A stretch of DNA of 64,000 nt from positions 1 to 64,000 of the forward strand of contig CBDVDR010000004.1 of the NCBI GenBank assembly GCA_965372795.1. Direction: 5' to 3'. Positions within the stretch are counted from its first letter, which is position 1. Every line of letters starts with the position of its first letter. Under the pieces are notes generated by a model. The model was given only the letters and a program-made list of their open reading frames with translations, was not told the origin of the DNA and made no database searches. The position numbers were made by a program, and so were the translations under genes. The stretch comes from an uncultured bacterium. Its GTDB lineage: Bacteria; Zixibacteria; MSB-5A5; GN15; FEB-12. Positions 59,684 to 64,000 of this stretch are shown piece by piece.

Positions 59684-60091
59684 TTATTTTGCAGAGCAAC
59701 CATCCATGGAACTACATCCACCGCACCAGCTCTTCTTTTTTCCTTCAACTTCAAAGGTTTCAATATCAAGTTGATTAGCATTGGCAAAATAGATGCCATG
59801 TACTTTAACTTTTTTGTTATGATACTTTTCGCCAGAAATTAAATCGGCTGAATACTTATTTTCGAGGAAAATCACATACTTTCCATCAGCAGTTTTTAGG
59901 GCGTGATCATGTCCGTAAACTTTACATTCCGATCTGGCACCTTCGGTCTTGCTTAAATCACAACCCATACATACAAGGGTTCCTTCAAAATTTGCATGTT
60001 TTGAATGGTCAGCTTTGTCTACACCAGCAATTACAGAAATCCCTGCAATCAGAAACATAATCGCCAGAACTGAAATAGTTTTTCTAATCAT
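59684..60091 (-). CDS. Small exported Cys/His-rich (OB-fold-like) hypothetical protein
   Basis: Signal peptide; GTLVCMGC, C...GH.H, WCGGC. Confidence 0.65.
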   Translation of the reverse strand: MIRKTISVLAIMFLIAGISVIAGVDKADHSKHANFEGTLVCMGCDLSKTEGARSECKVYGHDHALKTADGKYVIFLENKYSADLISGEKYHNKKVKVHGIYFANANQLDIETFEVEGKKKSWCGGCSSMDGCSAK

Positions 60092-60219
60092 TATTCCTCC
60101 TTTGATAGGTTAATTTCAGGACTAATTAACTCTTGTTTGTTGTAACAATAAATTTTTCCGAATAGTTCCAAATGTAGTTTATTGAACTTTTTAAGTCAGT
60201 TTTAAGACTGGAATTGAAG

Positions 60220-61359
60220 CTAAATCATCATTTTATCGCTGATCTGCATTGCAAACCGGTCGGTCATTCCTGCAATATAGTCAGCGACTACAATTTCTAA
60301 CTTTTCGTTATTGAGCATTTTCTGAAATCTGTCAGGTAATTTTTTGGGATCCTGAATGAAATATTTAAAAAGAGAGCTGACAATTGCCTGCCCCCATTCG
60401 GTCATCTGATTGATATGTTCATGACGATAAAGATTACTTTTTAGGAATTTCTTTAGTCCATTTACATGGAAATTCATCTCATCAGAATATGAGATAAGTT
60501 TAATTTTTGAATCTCGAACATCAACCATATTTCTAATTTGATTTTTTTCAATTCTTTTTAAAGACTCTTGAATAACATCAGTAGTAATTTTGTCGATTAA
60601 CAATCTAACCAATCGCGGTCGACCGAATTGATCAAAGGAATAATTCATAAAATCATCATTCAACATTTTTGAAAAATCCGTAAACTGATTCAACATTTCA
60701 AAGGTAATTAACCCCGATGATAGCCCGTCATCAATATCATGAGAGTTATAAGCAATTTCATCGGCGATATCGACTAGTGAGGCTTCAAGAGTTGGAGAGC
60801 TCTTATCAAAATCAGGATGTTCGATTTTGGCATTGGTCTCATGTTTTACAATCCCCTCTCTGACTTCGTAGGTAAGATTTAATCCGGGATGTTCTTTGTA
60901 GTTATGTTCCAAAAAATCAACCACTCGCAATGATTGACGGTTGTGGTTAAATCCTCCATGATCTTTGAGAAGATTATTTAAAACATCCTCCCCGGAATGT
61001 CCGAAAGGTGTGTGTCCCAGATCATGAACCAGTGCTATAGCCTCGGCAAGGTCTTCATTCAGACATAAAATTCTTGCCATGGTGCGGCTAATCTGGGCAA
61101 CTTCGATTGTATGAGTCAGTCGAGTACGGTAATGATCGGTTTCTTCAAAAGGGATAAAGACCTGAGTTTTATATTCAAGTCTTCGAAAGGCAGTCGAATG
61201 AACAATTCTATCCCGGTCTCTTTGAAAATCAGTTCTAAGGAAATGTAAATCCTGAGCATAGACTCTTCCCCGTGTTTCAGACGACCGAGCCGCGTATGGC
61301 GCCAGCATTTGATTTTCCCGATTTTCTATTTCGAGTCGTGATAAATTATACTTGTTCAT
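60220..61359 (-). CDS. dgt: dGTP triphosphohydrolase-like HD protein
   Basis: RTDFQRDRDRI, RTRLTH, HDLGHTPFGH.GE, DYIAGMTD. Confidence 0.95.
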   Translation of the reverse strand: MNKYNLSRLEIENRENQMLAPYAARSSETRGRVYAQDLHFLRTDFQRDRDRIVHSTAFRRLEYKTQVFIPFEETDHYRTRLTHTIEVAQISRTMARILCLNEDLAEAIALVHDLGHTPFGHSGEDVLNNLLKDHGGFNHNRQSLRVVDFLEHNYKEHPGLNLTYEVREGIVKHETNAKIEHPDFDKSSPTLEASLVDIADEIAYNSHDIDDGLSSGLITFEMLNQFTDFSKMLNDDFMNYSFDQFGRPRLVRLLIDKITTDVIQESLKRIEKNQIRNMVDVRDSKIKLISYSDEMNFHVNGLKKFLKSNLYRHEHINQMTEWGQAIVSSLFKYFIQDPKKLPDRFQKMLNNEKLEIVVADYIAGMTDRFAMQISDKMMI

Positions 61360-61367
61360 TTCTTTCC

Positions 61368-62174
61368 CTAAATTCTTACTTCAGTATATGAAATAATTAT
61401 ATGATAAGAAAAGCCTAAAATAGGGTGATATGATAAAGAATAAGAGATTTTATGTTTTTGGTAATTGAATTTAAATCCACCACCGTATTTTAATGGTGAG
61501 TTAGACATACTCAAAAATATTGACAATTTTCTGGAAACATCAATAATTTCAGCAAAACTATAAGTGGGGGTTCGATATTTTTCTATCGTGACTCTACCCA
61601 ATAAGGTATGAATTTTGGAAGGAGAATATTCGCTGAAGATTGTATACCTGGGTTGTACCGGTGGAGCTGATAGATTAAAATTCGGTTTTGTTAGATTATC
61701 AGCCACGAAAGCAGCATATATTTTTTTTATTTTAAATGATGTCGATAAACCAATTGTGATATCTGACACTTTTGGATAATGGTTACCAAAATTTATATCG
61801 AAAGATGATGCCGTTAGCCCAAAGGAATATATTTTGTATTTTAAAGATGATGAAATCTTCAATAACGACTCTGTATAAAAATCTGTTTTACCAAATTGTG
61901 AAAACCCAACAGCTAAGGAATAGTTTGGATTTGAATAAACAGCTGCAGCATAAACCTGATCAAAATACTTGAGTTCAAACTTTCGATTATATCCGGTTTC
62001 AATAGACAGAACCGTACCGCTATCGGTGCAAGTAGGTATCGTCAATGATGACGATGCATTGATCTCTGAGATGGAAACAGAACCGCCCAACCCTTCTGAG
62101 TAAGTTGTTACAAAATCAAAAGCCAGGCAGTTTGAAGTCATAAATAATATGATGATGAATATTTTTAATTTCAT
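61368..62174 (-). CDS. Putative outer-membrane beta-barrel (PorV/PorP-like partner)
   Basis: Signal peptide, alternating aromatic strands, C-terminal YHPILGFSY; overlaps the CTD-B gene. Confidence 0.55.
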   Translation of the reverse strand: MKLKIFIIILFMTSNCLAFDFVTTYSEGLGGSVSISEINASSSLTIPTCTDSGTVLSIETGYNRKFELKYFDQVYAAAVYSNPNYSLAVGFSQFGKTDFYTESLLKISSSLKYKIYSFGLTASSFDINFGNHYPKVSDITIGLSTSFKIKKIYAAFVADNLTKPNFNLSAPPVQPRYTIFSEYSPSKIHTLLGRVTIEKYRTPTYSFAEIIDVSRKLSIFLSMSNSPLKYGGGFKFNYQKHKISYSLSYHPILGFSYHIIISYTEVRI

Positions 62175-63799
62175 CTGGCAATCACAATCGGTTTTTTGAT
62201 ACTTTTTTGCCCCTGAATTTCAAACAGAAAAATATATATTCCTAACGGCAAGCGATCTCCGGTTTGGGATTTTCCATCCCAAATGATTTCCTCAGGAATA
62301 AATTGAACGTCCTGAAAAAATGTAATAACCGGATTCCCCTGTTTGTTAAAAATCTTCGCACTATAATTGTCAGCATTAACAACATTGATAGAGATAACAG
62401 TAAAATCTTCAAAACCATCGCCATCCGGAGAAATATGGGTCGGGTTAATTTCAATAATATTTTCAGAATATTCATGTAAGTAAGTGATAGTATTTTCTAC
62501 GCCGGGAGTGCCACCTGCTAATGTTGAACGACCCCAGATATTATAATTGTATGACCAGGTATAGTTGCTGTCAAAAACTTCTGAATATTCCATTTTATCA
62601 ATTACAATTCCATTCATTTCTAAAAGCATGACAACATCAGAAGAATTATTGTAATTGGGGAAATTGTTAATTTGATGTACCTGTAAATTGGATAAATTAT
62701 AAAAGTGATTAAAGTCAATCGAATCACTGGTAAGGATTAAATATTCCCCACTTTCGAGTATTAAGTCATCATCAGTTATGTCTACAGTCGTAACTGCATC
62801 GGCGATAAACCAGTTTTTCAAATTAATATTCACCATAGAATTGTTGTATATCTCAACCCATTCAGCCATTAATTCGTTTAGAGGATTTGCTAAAAGTTCT
62901 GAAATGATAATTTCCGGAAAATCATCTCCAACGGTGACAATATTTTCAAAATTGTTTCGAATACGATCATCATCTGATAATATTGCTTTTAAATATATAT
63001 ACTTCCCATCAACATCAATGATACCATCAACAAATTCTGTGTCAGAAGGATTAATATCCGGGAGTGCTATAAATGCAAGAGTATCAGTTATATTATTAGC
63101 AGAATCAGTTTGATATAAATTTAGCTTTGCATACTTGACTATCTCTCGGCCACGATTTGTAATTTGTATCGAGATTTCTGGAATTTCTGATCGGGTTGTA
63201 ATTTCAGCACCTATGATTGCAAGGTCATAAGAAAGTTCTGTTTGTGAATTTATAAATCCCGGGGTTGATCCGGCTTTATCAATTGATTGTAATATTGAAT
63301 CGGACGATGGATCTAGTCTTTCCCATGAACAGCCATCTTGTCCGCTCTCAATCCATTCAAAAGTTGAGATTAATATACCATTATTTTTGTGAAGCAGAAT
63401 TAAACCATTGTTGTTAGTTAATGAAAAATCAATTTGGATTGCTTTGTTGAAATTCGTTTCCGGGTAGACATTCTCCCAGATTTCAGAATCAAATCCCCAT
63501 CTTTCATAGAACCCTGGTTTTCCATCTGATGTATACAAGTTTCTTGCAATGATAAAATAATCGTTACTGCCTAGCACTATTGAAGAATCGAAAATATAAT
63601 CGGTTCCATTCAAATTTATTCTGTAGTTTAAAAGATCAATCGAAGTCTCGTTATTGTTATAAAGTTCAACCCATTCTAACGATCTTTCCGAAGATGGTTC
63701 GTTGGACATGACTTCGTTAATTATAACCTCCCCATAAGTTGATTCAATCAGAATAAAAGCTAAAATTAAAAAGATCACCTGGCGTATCAAAATCCCCAC
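62171..63799 (-). CDS. Two lamin-tail domains plus gliding-motility/T9SS type-B-like C-terminal domain
   Basis: IINEVM.N..EWVELYN..TPG..N twice; SPDGDG.ED, WDGK...G..LP.G.Y. Confidence 0.8.
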   Translation of the reverse strand: MGILIRQVIFLILAFILIESTYGEVIINEVMSNEPSSERSLEWVELYNNNETSIDLLNYRINLNGTDYIFDSSIVLGSNDYFIIARNLYTSDGKPGFYERWGFDSEIWENVYPETNFNKAIQIDFSLTNNNGLILLHKNNGILISTFEWIESGQDGCSWERLDPSSDSILQSIDKAGSTPGFINSQTELSYDLAIIGAEITTRSEIPEISIQITNRGREIVKYAKLNLYQTDSANNITDTLAFIALPDINPSDTEFVDGIIDVDGKYIYLKAILSDDDRIRNNFENIVTVGDDFPEIIISELLANPLNELMAEWVEIYNNSMVNINLKNWFIADAVTTVDITDDDLILESGEYLILTSDSIDFNHFYNLSNLQVHQINNFPNYNNSSDVVMLLEMNGIVIDKMEYSEVFDSNYTWSYNYNIWGRSTLAGGTPGVENTITYLHEYSENIIEINPTHISPDGDGFEDFTVISINVVNADNYSAKIFNKQGNPVITFFQDVQFIPEEIIWDGKSQTGDRLPLGIYIFLFEIQGQKSIKKPIVIAR

Positions 63800-64000
63800 C
63801 TCATATTTGATGATATTGTTGTTTTGTGCTTGTCGGTTGAAATCCTGCTATAAGAGTGACTTGCTTTGATAGACAGATAAAAATTTGGATAAAGTTCAAG
63901 ATTGTTTTTGAAATATAGATTCCAATGTTCGATTATTTTATTATGCAGATTAAATTTACTTAGATAAGAATAAAGCTCATAAGTATTATTTTTGTTATAC

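Noticed and set aside
60220..61359. dGTPase as an anti-phage gene
   Set aside because: Short housekeeping-type protein in a core-gene context, not in the island

Overview
Low-GC bacterial chromosome segment. The recurring Cys-flanked dockerin-like tails suggest candidate phylum Zixibacteria or a related FCB-type lineage (inference). There are four blocks. (1) 1-14.6 kb: a MutS-domain-V protein; three secreted dockerin-bearing proteins (PQQ sugar dehydrogenase, double HmuY, Fn3-like repeats); a cohesin-like/T9SS-CTD-like protein; and a divergent ECF sigma / anti-sigma / TPR-CHAT trio. (2) About 14.9-25.1 kb: an AT-rich integrative element at the 3' end of tRNA-Ser(GCT). Its backbone is a SpoVG-like protein, a GNA-triloop hairpin origin, an HUH rolling-circle Rep, a small HTH and a large serine recombinase (LSR). 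Its left side has three copies of a 28-bp att-like site that bracket single-gene cassettes (NTase-like, HEPN-like), followed by an uncharacterised 4-gene cargo operon (2TM-PLD-like, CYTH-guanylate kinase fusion, unknown, SAH-hydrolase-like). (3) 25.2-49.5 kb: a minus-strand flagellar cluster (motE/flbB-like through fliA, three PilZ proteins, fapA) with sigma54- and sigma28-type promoter matches. (4) 49.7-64 kb: housekeeping and envelope genes (mtaB, rpsA, plsC, cmk, pspC-like, SigW-like ECF/anti-sigma, holA, dgt). The best candidates for novel biology are the LSR att-site cassette array and the CYTH-GK/SAHH/TM operon it carries. All family assignments come from reading motifs by eye; no searches were run.
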